This document shows, one piece after another, positions 1 to 11,066 of a DNA stretch of 64,000 nucleotides; the stretch's first letter is position 1, and each line of letters starts with the position of its first letter. The notes beneath the pieces were generated by a model that worked only from the letters and a program-made list of their open reading frames with translations, was not told the origin of the DNA and made no database searches. Source of the stretch: a virus. Where the stretch lies: IMG/VR virus record IMGVR_UViG_3300019763_000006, positions 24,326 through 88,325 of that record; one strand, given 5' to 3'. Both the position numbers and the translations under genes were made by a program.

Positions 1-1272
1 AGTAAGTATGATGTAGTGCAGATGAAAGATTCATCAAGAGGTGGAAGAAGATTTGGTGGTGGAATTGAAGAAATTGCAGATAAAAAATTTGATGGAGATA
101 TATTAAATTCAGTTGTTATTCCTTTGATGGCTGGTAATAGATTATCTACTAAAAATGGTAAAATAGACCCAAATGAAATTCATAAGAGAGAAATATATAT
201 AACAACAGCTGGAACAAAACAACAGTTTGCATATGAAAAATGTTCAGAAATTATGACAGATATGCTTAATAGAAAATCTAGCTTCTGTATAGGTAATTCA
301 TATGAACTTCCTGTGATGTTTGATAGGCTAGATGAAGACTTTATTGAAGAGAAAAGAGAATCTCCAACTTATAGTATCTTAGATTTTATGAGGGAATACG
401 AAAGTATATATACGGGTTCTAATTCAGATAGTTTAGTATCAGATGAGAAGTTAAGAAAGTCAAGAGTAGTAAAATATGCAGAATGGGAACATTGTGGAGA
501 TAAAGATGTAGACTATGTTTTAGCTTATGATGTATCAAGAAACCAAGGAGATGAAAATGCATTATGTGCTCTTGTGGTTATAAAAATAACAAGAGATGGA
601 AATAAATATATTAAAGAAGTTGTGAATATTTTTTCATTAGAAGGTCAACATGATACTTGGCAAGCTAAATTTTTAAAAGATAAAGTAAGAGAATTTCAAT
701 CTAAAATTTTAGTAATAGATGCAAACGGATTAGGTTCTGGGGTGGTAGACCAATTGGTATTAGATTTAGATGATGGTAATCCTCCATATAAAGTAGTAAA
801 TGATAAAAAATTACAATGGAGAAAATATGAGTTGCCAGAAGGAATACCAATGGTATTCGCTTTAAAATCATCTAATGTAGACACTAAAAATAGTGATATG
901 ATTAATCATTTTATGAAATTATTTAATAAATTAGACGTAGGATTATTAGTTTCTCCATATGAAGGATTAAAATATCTAGAAAAAAAAAGAAAAAGAAAAT
1001 TTTCAAAAGATGATAGTGAAGAACAAGTAATTGCGGAAATACCATATGTGAATACTAATAATTTAGTTGACGAAATAATGAATTTAAGATACAAAGCTAA
1101 GGGTAACAATACAGAAGTTGAAAGAATATCTAGAAGTATACAGAAGGATAAATATTCTGCTTTATTGTATGGATTGTATTGGATATTTTTAGAAGAGCAA
1201 AAATTAAGAATTAGAAAATCAGCAGTTGATATATCTAAGTTTAAATCATGTGCCACTGCGGTTTCTTTTTAA
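1..1272 (+). CDS. terL: Terminase large subunit (5'-truncated by the window edge)
   Basis: Frame is open from base 1 (SKYDVVQMKD...). Walker-B-like RGGRRFGGGIEE, ITTAG motif, RNase-H-like nuclease motifs LAYDVSR, IDANGLG and KDKYSAL. Lies directly upstream of the portal gene. Confidence 0.9.
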   Translation, partial: SKYDVVQMKDSSRGGRRFGGGIEEIADKKFDGDILNSVVIPLMAGNRLSTKNGKIDPNEIHKREIYITTAGTKQQFAYEKCSEIMTDMLNRKSSFCIGNSYELPVMFDRLDEDFIEEKRESPTYSILDFMREYESIYTGSNSDSLVSDEKLRKSRVVKYAEWEHCGDKDVDYVLAYDVSRNQGDENALCALVVIKITRDGNKYIKEVVNIFSLEGQHDTWQAKFLKDKVREFQSKILVIDANGLGSGVVDQLVLDLDDGNPPYKVVNDKKLQWRKYELPEGIPMVFALKSSNVDTKNSDMINHFMKLFNKLDVGLLVSPYEGLKYLEKKRKRKFSKDDSEEQVIAEIPYVNTNNLVDEIMNLRYKAKGNNTEVERISRSIQKDKYSALLYGLYWIFLEEQKLRIRKSAVDISKFKSCATAVSF

Positions 1273-1298
1273 AAATATAAAAACGGGAGGAGAGAAAA

Positions 1299-2957
1299 AT
1301 GTCTGATAAAAAGAAAACAATTATAAATGAAAAGGAAGATTTTATTGTAGAAATAGTTGAAGATGTTAAAGATGAAGAGTCTATTTTAATAACCAGTTCG
1401 CAAGAAATGACAAATAGTTTATTAAAAAATGCTATTTCTAGCTATGCGGGCAATCAAAGAACATATTCTAAAAATATAGATGAATATTCTTTAATGCGTA
1501 CAACTTTAACAGAATCTAAACTTGAAAGTTTGGCATTTTTACCTCAAGATAATTTATATAAAGTTCAAGAAATTAATAGTTATGTTGATTTATATTTAAA
1601 TAAAGATGATATTATTGGAAGAACCTATGAAATAATTGAAGCGAATACAAATGCAGACTATCAATTAAAATACCCAGAAGTTAAGAATAAAACCATCTTA
1701 AAAAAAGTACAGAATATAATTGATAATTTTAATAAACAAATAGAATTAGAAAAATTAATTATAGAAACAATCCCATATGCGTACGCTAATGGCAATAGAA
1801 TATTATATCTTAGAAAAACAAAATATGGAAAATATCAAGTAGAAAGATATCCTTTAGGTATGGTTCAAATTAGTTCGTATAAGATTAATAATGAGCCAAT
1901 AGTATTATTTAATTTAACAAATTTATTACAAAGAATTACTGGAAGTGATTTAACGTTTTCACCATTGAATGGTACTAGCTTAGATAATTATGATTTACAA
2001 ATGTTTCCAAATATAGAAGATGAAATTAAAGAAAATTTTCCAAAAGAAGTATATAATGAATTTTTAAATAAAAATTTAACGGTAGCTAAGCTAAATACAG
2101 ATTTAACAGCGGTTATTAGAGTAAATAATAGAGGTAAAAAATATGGGGTGTCTCCAATTTTTAAAGCTCTTAATCCTGCTTTAAAATTAGAAGTGCAAGA
2201 AAAAAGTGATACTTCAAATTCTAAAGCAAGAGGTAAAAAGATTATTTTTCAAAAAATATCTGATAAATTATTAGGAGAGGATGGAAGTATAACCGATATT
2301 GCTCCTTCCGCATATTCACATAATGAGTTGATAAAGGCATGGGGAAATGAAGTTGTAGTTTATACTGGAGCTCCTTGGGTGGAATCTATTAGTTATGTTG
2401 AACCTAAAACAGATTTAGAACATTCTAATACATTAAATTATTATAAAACTAAAGTTTTATCTGCATTAGGAATATCTTTTTTAAGTGGGGATTCAAAGTC
2501 TGGAATGGTAGTTTCGGAATTAAATTTTCAAGAATTACTAAGAATTATAGATAAGATTGGAAAACAATTATCTGATAATATTGTAAAATGGTATAAATAT
2601 ATATTAAATGAAGCAGGGTTACCAGTAGAATATGCTCCTAATATAGAAGTATTAAATTCTGAATTATTAGAAATGAATCTAAGAATGCAATTAGCAGATA
2701 ATTTATTTAATAAGTATGGCATGAGTTTTGAGTCAACATATCAGATGCTAGGAAAAGATTTTGAGTCAGAAAAGGAAAAAAGAATAAAAGAAAATGACGA
2801 AAAATTAGATAGTGATATTTTTTATGCTAGGCAAACCGCATTTACATTTAGTGCAAAGGGTGATGAAGATTATAATAATTCACCTACAGATAATATAGAT
2901 AATAAAGATAAACAAAACCAAACAATTAAAGATGAAGTTAATAAAGATAAAAAATAA
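1299..2957 (+). CDS. Portal protein
   Basis: 552 aa, between terminase and protease; YGVSPIFKAL motif typical of portals; GGGAGG RBS. Confidence 0.8.
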   Translation: MSDKKKTIINEKEDFIVEIVEDVKDEESILITSSQEMTNSLLKNAISSYAGNQRTYSKNIDEYSLMRTTLTESKLESLAFLPQDNLYKVQEINSYVDLYLNKDDIIGRTYEIIEANTNADYQLKYPEVKNKTILKKVQNIIDNFNKQIELEKLIIETIPYAYANGNRILYLRKTKYGKYQVERYPLGMVQISSYKINNEPIVLFNLTNLLQRITGSDLTFSPLNGTSLDNYDLQMFPNIEDEIKENFPKEVYNEFLNKNLTVAKLNTDLTAVIRVNNRGKKYGVSPIFKALNPALKLEVQEKSDTSNSKARGKKIIFQKISDKLLGEDGSITDIAPSAYSHNELIKAWGNEVVVYTGAPWVESISYVEPKTDLEHSNTLNYYKTKVLSALGISFLSGDSKSGMVVSELNFQELLRIIDKIGKQLSDNIVKWYKYILNEAGLPVEYAPNIEVLNSELLEMNLRMQLADNLFNKYGMSFESTYQMLGKDFESEKEKRIKENDEKLDSDIFYARQTAFTFSAKGDEDYNNSPTDNIDNKDKQNQTIKDEVNKDKK

Positions 2958-2973
2958 TTATAGGAGGTATAAA

Positions 2974-3156
2974 ATGGATTATAAGATTTTATCATCAAAT
3001 GATAATTCTTTTTCTTATTTGGCTACTATAAGTAAAACTCCATATATTATTAAAATTTCTACAAATGGAGAATTAATAGATATTAAGCCTTATCAAGATA
3101 ATAAATGTAAAACAACAATAACTTCTAATAAAAATAGAAGTATTGAGTTAGGCTAG
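2974..3156 (+). CDS. Small hypothetical protein
   Basis: AGGAGG RBS before ATG at 2974 (track ORF starts at 2932). Confidence 0.5.
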   Translation: MDYKILSSNDNSFSYLATISKTPYIIKISTNGELIDIKPYQDNKCKTTITSNKNRSIELG

Positions 3157-3167
3157 GAGGTGAAATA

Positions 3168-4433
3168 TTGGATAATAAGAAAGAATTAAGTTCAAGTAGA
3201 ATAATACAGCTATCAGAAACTAATGATGGATTATACCTAGAATTAACAGGACAATTGTGTTATTTAGAAGATTATAATTTAAATGGATTAAGACTTTTAA
3301 AAGGTGAGAATTTTGAAGAAAATTTAAAATCTTTAATTGACACTCCAGTTGTAGCAAAATATGTATGGAATGAAGATAATGGTTCTGATTTTTCTGGACA
3401 CGAAGCTTATAGAGATTGGTATACTGGAAATATTATGTTTGACACAGATGCTATAGGTGTACATCAAGATGTCTGGGTTGAAAACAAAGCTGTAAAACCA
3501 GTTTTTTCAGAAGAAGAAAAAGAATTACCTGTTATTATGTATAAAGCTAGAATATGGGCAGAAAGATTTCCAAATTTTGCAAAAGTAATTAAAAAATTAT
3601 ATAGTGAAAATAATTTAGGTACTTCTTGGGAATTAATTCCAAATAAAATAACTGAAGAAACAAGTAATATTATAGGTATTACTAATCCTAGAAGTTCTGA
3701 TGATTATGAATTTGTAGGGAATTGTTTATTAGGTTCTGATGTGATAGGTGCATACGAAGGGACGTCTAAAGTAACTAATGTTGCGTCTGCAAATTTAGCA
3801 CAGAAACAATTATCAGAAGCTTTAAATAAAGATTTGAAAAATAATTCAAAGAAAGAAAAAGAAATATCTCAAATTAAAGAAGGGAGCAAGGATATGGATA
3901 AAAAAATACAAGAATTAGAATCTAAACTTGCAGAAGCGGTTGCTAAACTACAGGAATATGAAGAAGCAGGTAAGGATAAACAAATTTCAGAATTGGAAAC
4001 TAAAGTTAAAGCTTTAGAAATTGAAAAATCTGAAACCGAAGAAAAATTTGTAAAAGCAACAGAAAATTTAGAAACAGTTACTGCTGAACTAGAAGAATTA
4101 AAACCTTATAAAGCTCAAGTCGAGGCTATTAATTTAGAAAAAGCAGAGCATGAAAAGAAAGAAAAAATAATTGAATTAACAGAGATGGTTAAAAAGGGTG
4201 GGTATATCACAGATAAAGATATTGAAACATCTGAAGAAATCAAAAAATTAATTCAAGATTGTAATGAAGATGCATTAAAAGTTCTTAGAGCAGAAAAAAT
4301 TATTGAAAAGCATGAATCAGAGCAATCACAACACGAAACAGAAACTTCAGAAGCAAAAACTAAATTACCAAAACAAGATTTTGCAGAGGAAACAAAAGTA
4401 TCAAAAAATGCAATGGACACATTTTTAGTTTAA
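3168..4433 (+). CDS. Prohead protease-scaffold fusion
   Basis: N-terminal protease-like region (SGHE, GTSWE, GNCLLG) followed by a long coiled coil; lies between portal and capsid genes; TTG start with GGAGG RBS. Confidence 0.75.
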   Translation: MDNKKELSSSRIIQLSETNDGLYLELTGQLCYLEDYNLNGLRLLKGENFEENLKSLIDTPVVAKYVWNEDNGSDFSGHEAYRDWYTGNIMFDTDAIGVHQDVWVENKAVKPVFSEEEKELPVIMYKARIWAERFPNFAKVIKKLYSENNLGTSWELIPNKITEETSNIIGITNPRSSDDYEFVGNCLLGSDVIGAYEGTSKVTNVASANLAQKQLSEALNKDLKNNSKKEKEISQIKEGSKDMDKKIQELESKLAEAVAKLQEYEEAGKDKQISELETKVKALEIEKSETEEKFVKATENLETVTAELEELKPYKAQVEAINLEKAEHEKKEKIIELTEMVKKGGYITDKDIETSEEIKKLIQDCNEDALKVLRAEKIIEKHESEQSQHETETSEAKTKLPKQDFAEETKVSKNAMDTFLV

Positions 4434-4450
4434 TAAGGAGGACTTAAGTT

Positions 4451-4915
4451 ATGTATAGACGATTAAAAGTAAATTCAGGAAAAAACAAAGATGCAACTTT
4501 TACAGCAGGTGAAGTTATGAAGAAAGGTATGTTTGTAGTTAAAGATTATGCAAATGGTGAAGTTAATCTTCCAGCAACTGCTACAGGTACAAATGTATTT
4601 ATTGTAGATTTTGACCCAGATTATGTTGATTTTTTATCAGTTAGAACAAATGTTTCTGATTATGAAGATGTAATGAATGATATTGCAGACGGAGCAAAAG
4701 TAAGCTTGGAATTATTAGAAGTAGGAGAAGAATATGCAACAGACCAATTCGTGGCAACAGATATAGTAGTTGGTTCTGCTTTATCAGTAAATGATGCAGG
4801 TAAATTGGTTAAAAAAGCAACAGGTACATCTCCATTAGTAGCTACAGATATTGCTTATAACGATGCAGGACATACTCTATTAGCATTTACTGTTACAGAG
4901 AATCCATTCGCATAA
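4451..4915 (+). CDS. Head decoration/cement protein (putative)
   Basis: 154 aa, small-residue beta-rich, immediately before the major capsid gene. Confidence 0.6.
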   Translation: MYRRLKVNSGKNKDATFTAGEVMKKGMFVVKDYANGEVNLPATATGTNVFIVDFDPDYVDFLSVRTNVSDYEDVMNDIADGAKVSLELLEVGEEYATDQFVATDIVVGSALSVNDAGKLVKKATGTSPLVATDIAYNDAGHTLLAFTVTENPFA

Positions 4916-4942
4916 TAAATAGAATAATAGGAGGAATAATAT

Positions 4943-5941
4943 ATGTTGGAATTAGCAGAAGTAATGGAAAAAGAAGGAAGAATGATTGCATGGGCTCAAG
5001 CAGTCGAAAGACAAAGAAAAAATCCAGTATTGCAATTATCAGAAGAGGATAAACTTATTAGTGCAGAAATAGATAAATGGGCAAAAGAAATTGCAGATGG
5101 TAAAAGGTCAACTCGTGAATTATCGGCTTATTTTGTTAAAGTTATTCAACCTGAAGTTTATAATACACCAATGGATATTTTAAATCGTGTATTAGAAGAA
5201 CAACCATCAATTGGTGAGTTTGATGATTGGGAAATTGATAAAGCTCCAAAAAATACATTAAAAGCATATGAAGCTGCTAAAAATGGTAATGTTCAAAAAT
5301 CTTATATTGATTTTGAGAAAATTACACCTGTAAATACTCATTTGCAAATTGAAACTGAAATCAAAATGGTAGATTTAAGAAAAAATGGATTTAAAACAAT
5401 TGCAAGAATGACACAATATGCTATAGATGCACTAAGAAATAAGATGTTCTTTTCTATTTTTAATACTATAGATGCATCAATTACAGCAGGAGACCAAACA
5501 GCAACTGCAACTACAAATCCAGACAAGACAACTATGGATAAATTGGCAAAATATGTAAGAGGTCATTTAGTATCAGGTACTCCAATTACATTATCTAACT
5601 CTGATAGAGCTTATGAAATCTCAGAAGTTCCAGGAGCAACTTTATTATCAGATACTATGAGAGACCAAATGAATAATAATGGTGTTTTAGCAACTTTCAG
5701 ACAATTACAAATTCTTGAAATTGCAGCATCTAGAGAAACTGGAAATGGAGAAAAATTAATTAACCCTAATAGAGTTTACGGATTAGCTGGAGCAATTGGC
5801 GAAAGAGCAATGAAGGGCGAGTTAAGAGTTTTATCTCAAGAAGATATTAATAATGAAGTAATCTCATTAAAATTCACTGGTTTTGAGTTTACTTATGCTA
5901 TTACTTATCCAGATAGAATTTTTAAATTAACAATTAATTAG
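4943..5941 (+). CDS. Major capsid protein
   Basis: 332 aa, synteny, strong RBS, followed by a terminator. Confidence 0.8.
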   Translation: MLELAEVMEKEGRMIAWAQAVERQRKNPVLQLSEEDKLISAEIDKWAKEIADGKRSTRELSAYFVKVIQPEVYNTPMDILNRVLEEQPSIGEFDDWEIDKAPKNTLKAYEAAKNGNVQKSYIDFEKITPVNTHLQIETEIKMVDLRKNGFKTIARMTQYAIDALRNKMFFSIFNTIDASITAGDQTATATTNPDKTTMDKLAKYVRGHLVSGTPITLSNSDRAYEISEVPGATLLSDTMRDQMNNNGVLATFRQLQILEIAASRETGNGEKLINPNRVYGLAGAIGERAMKGELRVLSQEDINNEVISLKFTGFEFTYAITYPDRIFKLTIN

Positions 5942-5955
5942 AAATAAACTTTTTA

Positions 5956-5995
5956 TTGTGTTGGTTATTTATTTGAGTAGCCAACACAATTTTTA
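5956..5995 (+). terminator. Rho-independent terminator
   Basis: ttgtgttggtt...agccaacacaa stem followed by a T-run. Confidence 0.7.
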
Positions 5996-6037
5996 TATTT
6001 AAAAATAAAAAGAAAATATATAATAAGGAGAGATATT

Positions 6038-6739
6038 ATGAATAAAAAATATAATGTTAATAATTACCATAATTTTATTAGTTTACCTACAGAGGATGAT
6101 AAAAGACCTTTAAGTTTAGAAGAAGGGAATTTAAACGAATTAAAGCCATTTTCAAAAATGTTAACTCTTGAACAGATTGAATATATTTCTAAAATGACAG
6201 ATTTATTTTCAACTGGTAGAGTTGAATTTGATAAAGACGACGAAGATGAATTATTTCAATATTTAGGGATAGATAATGTTAGTGAATGTTTTAGAGCTAG
6301 AGATATTATAGATATAATTAAAAACCCAACAAAAGAAAAATTGGAAAGAATAATATCAATTAATAACTTAAATACAATTGATTTATTTAGAGGTATTGTA
6401 GTTTCATTTAGAAACTTAAATTCTGAAGATGTTTCTAATAGGGTTATGACTATAATTAATAAAAGAAGAGATGAAATTTATAAAAGTCCATCTACTGAAA
6501 GTACAATAGTTGTAAAGAAAACAAATACTGAAATTGAGTCAGAGAAGAGAGCAAATGAAAACGCAAAAATCATGGAAGAAATTAAGATTAAAGAAAATGA
6601 TTTTAAAATTAAAGAAGAAAATTATAAAAATGAATTAAAAGAAATGAAAGAAAAGATTAAAAAAATGGAAGATGAATTAAAAAAGTCTAAAAAAGATTCT
6701 ACAAAGAAAAAAGAATCTAGTAAAAAAGAAAATAAATAG
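6038..6739 (+). CDS. Hypothetical head-cluster protein with charged coiled-coil tail
   Basis: 233-aa ORF with RBS, after the capsid gene. Confidence 0.6.
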   Translation: MNKKYNVNNYHNFISLPTEDDKRPLSLEEGNLNELKPFSKMLTLEQIEYISKMTDLFSTGRVEFDKDDEDELFQYLGIDNVSECFRARDIIDIIKNPTKEKLERIISINNLNTIDLFRGIVVSFRNLNSEDVSNRVMTIINKRRDEIYKSPSTESTIVVKKTNTEIESEKRANENAKIMEEIKIKENDFKIKEENYKNELKEMKEKIKKMEDELKKSKKDSTKKKESSKKENK

Positions 6740-6756
6740 TTTGGAGGAGTATAATC

Positions 6757-7233
6757 ATGGCAACTTTATTTTCAACAATTAATGACTTATTTTATAAAAG
6801 AGTATTGAAAGACCCTGATTTTTTCAAATACACAAATGTTTCAGAATCTGAAGTTTTAGAATTGATGGAAACAAGTGCATATGATTATATGATAGAATCT
6901 ATTTCAACAATAAAATTATATTCAGAACCAAGTGTAGATTTTGATGATTATGATGATGTGCAATTTAATTTTGACATGACTAAAACAGAATTACAAATTA
7001 TAGTAAATCTAATGTTTGAAAAATTTTTATCTAGAGATAGAGCAAAATTAAAAATTTATAATAAATATTTTACTACTCAAGAAGTGAATTTATTTTCTCC
7101 AGCTGCTGAAAGAGATAGTTTTATAAAAATGCTTAATAATTTTGAAGAAAAAAATAAAGCAGAAATAAAATCTTATAATTCAAGAGATAGATTGACTGGT
7201 AGTATAAAATCCTATAATGGGGCAGTGATATAA
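6757..7233 (+). CDS. Head-tail adaptor (putative)
   Basis: 158 aa, helical; call rests on synteny. Confidence 0.5.
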   Translation: MATLFSTINDLFYKRVLKDPDFFKYTNVSESEVLELMETSAYDYMIESISTIKLYSEPSVDFDDYDDVQFNFDMTKTELQIIVNLMFEKFLSRDRAKLKIYNKYFTTQEVNLFSPAAERDSFIKMLNNFEEKNKAEIKSYNSRDRLTGSIKSYNGAVI

Positions 7234-7234
7234 T

Positions 7235-8530
7235 ATGATAGATTTAGATAAATATCGGAAATTAGCTGGAACATATCAAGTTAATAGCTCTCAAGATAAT
7301 GCAATAAATAATTTTGTATATCAATCTAATAAAATATGGGATAATACATTAAGTACCTATGACTTACTAGCTCCCTCAAAACGTGGAGATGATATTAAGC
7401 TTACTAATAGTGATGGCATTTTATTAGATAGCAGAGGAGTTTTTAATTATAACAAGAGATTTACAAAAACAAAAATGGCTGAAGGACAAGAACGATGTTT
7501 TTTACAAAAAGACTCTGCAAACATTGGAGATTATGTAGAAAAAATCAGAACAAATGAGATTTATTTAATAGAATATATAAATAGAGATAAATTTAATTTT
7601 ATAGATTCTTTTGTTAGAAAAATAAATGCATATATTAATTATATAGATACAAATGGGATAATTCAATCAATTCCTTGTATTTATAGGGTTTCATCAAAAC
7701 TTTCTACCAATACAGAGGAAAATAAACATATAGAAATATTAGATGGTGATGCTAGTGTAAGATTACAATCTAATACACATACTAGAGAGATTAAAATTGG
7801 AGATAAGTTTATATTTTCAAAAACAGAATCTTATTCTGTTAAGAATATTTATACTGAATTAGAAGAAGGTATAATTACTTTAAAAATGAAACAATATGAA
7901 ATTAATAAAGATTTAGATAAAGAAATTGATTATCAAGGTAAAAAAATATGGATTGCAAATTATGTAAACAGACCTAAATTTACAATTAATTTTAATATTC
8001 AAGATAGTGAATTTCAGATTGGTGAAGATATTACATTAGATTATACATTATTGGATAATGAAGGTAATATTTCTGATAAACCTGTGATTTTTAGTAGTAG
8101 TGATGATAATATAGTTTCTATTACAAATAATATTGCAACTGCTATTAGCCTAGGTTCTGTTATTATTAAAGTAGAAATGGAAAATAATAGGGATGTATTT
8201 GACGAGATTACATTAGAAGTTGTAAATATTCCAATTGAAAATATTTCATATGAACTTAATCCAGATATTTCTGTTTTATTAAGACAACAATCACAAAACT
8301 TTGATATTGTAAAGAAAAATAATGGAGTGGTTGAAAGTGAAACATTTACCATATCTGTAGATTCAAGTAGTACAGTAATAGAAGATTATGACTTTAATGT
8401 GATTAATAGTAATTCATTTAATATTGTAAATAACGGTGTTAGTGGAAATTTAGTAATAAAAATTATACCAGATTCAAAACCAAGTGATATATTTACTAAA
8501 AGTTTTGAATTAAAAAATAGCTTTTGGTAG
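7235..8530 (+). CDS. Head closure/neck protein with Ig-like domain (putative)
   Basis: VIFSSSDDNIVSI...TAISLGSVIIKV resembles a Big_2 Ig-like motif; synteny. Confidence 0.55.
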   Translation: MIDLDKYRKLAGTYQVNSSQDNAINNFVYQSNKIWDNTLSTYDLLAPSKRGDDIKLTNSDGILLDSRGVFNYNKRFTKTKMAEGQERCFLQKDSANIGDYVEKIRTNEIYLIEYINRDKFNFIDSFVRKINAYINYIDTNGIIQSIPCIYRVSSKLSTNTEENKHIEILDGDASVRLQSNTHTREIKIGDKFIFSKTESYSVKNIYTELEEGIITLKMKQYEINKDLDKEIDYQGKKIWIANYVNRPKFTINFNIQDSEFQIGEDITLDYTLLDNEGNISDKPVIFSSSDDNIVSITNNIATAISLGSVIIKVEMENNRDVFDEITLEVVNIPIENISYELNPDISVLLRQQSQNFDIVKKNNGVVESETFTISVDSSSTVIEDYDFNVINSNSFNIVNNGVSGNLVIKIIPDSKPSDIFTKSFELKNSFW

Positions 8531-8540
8531 GAGGGATTAA

Positions 8541-9038
8541 ATGGCTGTTTATAAAAAGGTAAATGAAAATATTAGAAGTATTATTGATTTTATTAGTAAA
8601 AATTCAGATTTAAAAAAATTGATAGCCTATGATAATGGGAATCCTCTTGCTGAAAGTGAGCCTTTTATTCACAATTTAATTAATGATAGAGTGTATCTTA
8701 GTATGAAGATTGTGACACCAGATACAAATGCTAAAAGCTATATTAGTATTTATAAAAATTATAGTAATATTGGCAGGAAAAATGATATATATAATAGAAA
8801 TGTTTTTATTAATATTGATGTTGTATGTCATGAAACATTATGGCTTTTAGATAGTGGAGATATTAGACCGTTATTAATATTGGATGAAATAGATAGTAAA
8901 TTGACTGATATTTCAATAGATAGTATAAGAGGCAATTTAGTTTTTAAAGATTGCAAACATTTAATAATAAATGATAAGTTTTCAGGATATAGGTTTATTT
9001 ATGAATTGACTAATTTTTCAAAAGATTGTGATAGTTAA
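8541..9038 (+). CDS. Tail terminator/completion protein (putative)
   Basis: 165 aa; IDVVCHETLW and RPLLILDEID motifs; upstream of the tail tube gene. Confidence 0.5.
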   Translation: MAVYKKVNENIRSIIDFISKNSDLKKLIAYDNGNPLAESEPFIHNLINDRVYLSMKIVTPDTNAKSYISIYKNYSNIGRKNDIYNRNVFINIDVVCHETLWLLDSGDIRPLLILDEIDSKLTDISIDSIRGNLVFKDCKHLIINDKFSGYRFIYELTNFSKDCDS

Positions 9039-9049
9039 GAGGTATTAAT

Positions 9050-9769
9050 ATGAGAAAAGAAAATATTTTAAGAGGAGATTCATTAATTTTTACAAATGGT
9101 TTTGAAATAAGACAACCAACTGTAAGTGATATTATGGATTTAGGATTTGAAGAATATAGTTGGTTTAAAAACTGTATATGTAGTAATATCTCTGATATGA
9201 TAGTACCTTTATGGGGTATGGGATATGATTTTGAAAAAATAGAAGAAAAAGATTTATTAAAAATATTAGTAGGTCAAAATAAAGCTATATTTTGTGAAAT
9301 TTTTAAATATTTTACTAATGCAGAAAAAATAGATTTTATTATAGATAATAATAAAGAAAAGTTAGTAGGTCAAATTAATAACAAACATTTTCATATAGAT
9401 GAAAAAATATTATTCTTAATTAAAGATTTTTTTTGTAAAATAAATAAAATAAAACATAGTAGAATGAGAAAATTTATCGGTGAAAAAACTAAAAAAAGTA
9501 TTTTAGATGAAGATTATGAAGAATATTTGTTTGAATTAAAAGAAAATAAAGAAAAGAATGAAGATTATTTCGGTAATTTATTATCAGATTTAGTGATTAT
9601 AAATAAAAGAGATTGGAATTTTGTTTATAGTCTTTATTTATCTCAATTATATGAGGAGATTTATAAAACAAGTAAAAAATCTAAAATAGATTTAACACTA
9701 CAAGGAATCTATTGTGGTAATATAGATGGAGGTAAAATTCCAAGCAGTAGCTTAGACCTGAATAATTGA
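9050..9769 (+). CDS. Hypothetical tail-cluster protein
   Basis: 239-aa ORF with RBS. Confidence 0.55.
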   Translation: MRKENILRGDSLIFTNGFEIRQPTVSDIMDLGFEEYSWFKNCICSNISDMIVPLWGMGYDFEKIEEKDLLKILVGQNKAIFCEIFKYFTNAEKIDFIIDNNKEKLVGQINNKHFHIDEKILFLIKDFFCKINKIKHSRMRKFIGEKTKKSILDEDYEEYLFELKENKEKNEDYFGNLLSDLVIINKRDWNFVYSLYLSQLYEEIYKTSKKSKIDLTLQGIYCGNIDGGKIPSSSLDLNN

Positions 9770-9791
9770 TAAATAATAGGAGGAATATATC

Positions 9792-10589
9792 ATGGCAGAA
9801 AGTTTTGATTTAAGTATTCAAAAAGTACCATATGTTATTGGAAGAGACAAAGTAACTAAAGAACCTAAAATTACGTTATCTAGACTAAAAGATTTAACAT
9901 TCACAAATGGTGCAGAAACAGTAGCTTTAACAGCTGGGGGTACACCTTTAGCACATTTTGGACACTCAAAAACATTTGGTATGAGTGGTACTAATGCAAC
10001 AATTAATGGAAGTTTAATGGCTTTACAATTAGGAACAAATGTTGTAGCAGTAGCATCAAGTACGGAAATAAGAATTAATGAAATTGTAACTGTGGATGTA
10101 GCAGATACTGCAACATTATCTTATGTACCAACTGGAACAGCTGGTGAAGAATTATTATGGGCAGAAATTATTGATTCTACTAATACTCCAACTGCTACAT
10201 TACAACAAGCAGCGGCAGTCGCAGCAGGTAAATTTACAGTTACAGCTAAAGCTTTAGCTTTTGAAACAGGAGAAGCTCCAGTAGGGACTAGAATCAGAGT
10301 GAGCTATTATCCAACAGCTTCAAATGTTAAGAAAATTAAAAATATGGCAACTGAATACAGCACGACATTAGATTGGGATGTTCATTGTAGATTTTTAAAT
10401 GTTTGTACTAAAGAAGAGGTAAAAGGTTATATGCATGTACCATCTGGATTTTTAGAAGGTAGTTTTGAATGGGCAACTGGAGAGACTTCTGACCCCGCAA
10501 TAGTTGCCTTTAGTTTAATGGCCGAACAGGGTTGCCTAGATTCAGAATTATACACATTACACATATATTCAGAAGATGATTTAGTATAA
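9792..10589 (+). CDS. Major tail (tube) protein
   Basis: 265 aa, Thr/Ala-rich, strong AGGAGG RBS, synteny. Confidence 0.7.
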   Translation: MAESFDLSIQKVPYVIGRDKVTKEPKITLSRLKDLTFTNGAETVALTAGGTPLAHFGHSKTFGMSGTNATINGSLMALQLGTNVVAVASSTEIRINEIVTVDVADTATLSYVPTGTAGEELLWAEIIDSTNTPTATLQQAAAVAAGKFTVTAKALAFETGEAPVGTRIRVSYYPTASNVKKIKNMATEYSTTLDWDVHCRFLNVCTKEEVKGYMHVPSGFLEGSFEWATGETSDPAIVAFSLMAEQGCLDSELYTLHIYSEDDLV

Positions 10590-10603
10590 GGATGTGAATA
10601 GTA

Positions 10604-10822
10604 ATGAAATATAAATTTCGTGGTCAATTGAATGATGGCACAATGGTAGATATTTTTGATTTTGAAAATGATTTTGCAAAATGCGACCATAAAAAAGGAA
10701 ATATTTATATTGATGAATTTAATTCGATTATTATTCCAAGAGATACTTTTAAAAAGGAATTTTTAAAAAAAGAGATTGAAGAAGTAAAATTTGAAAAGAT
10801 GGTATCTAAAAAGTCAAAATGA
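10604..10822 (+). CDS. Small hypothetical protein
   Basis: 72-aa ORF in operon orientation. Confidence 0.5.
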   Translation: MKYKFRGQLNDGTMVDIFDFENDFAKCDHKKGNIYIDEFNSIIIPRDTFKKEFLKKEIEEVKFEKMVSKKSK

Positions 10823-10872
10823 TGTTAATGTGATTTGTAGTTAACATTTAAAGTGTTAAATTTAGAATAAAT

Positions 10873-10930
10873 AATAAGGAGTCATAAGAGAAGTGTTTAG
10901 ACACAGATTTTGTGTCTCCTTATTTTTTTA
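10873..10930 (+). terminator. Terminator-like hairpin
   Basis: aataaggag...ctccttatt and agacaca/tgtgtct stems, then a T-run. Confidence 0.55.
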
Positions 10931-11066
10931 TTTTTAAAATATGTATTTTAATTATATTTTATTTAAAAATATTAATAAATAATACAAAATAATTAAGTAT
11001 ATAATATATTTATATAAATTTATTACTATAGAACAAAAAATAATAAAATTGGAAGGATGATTAAAA

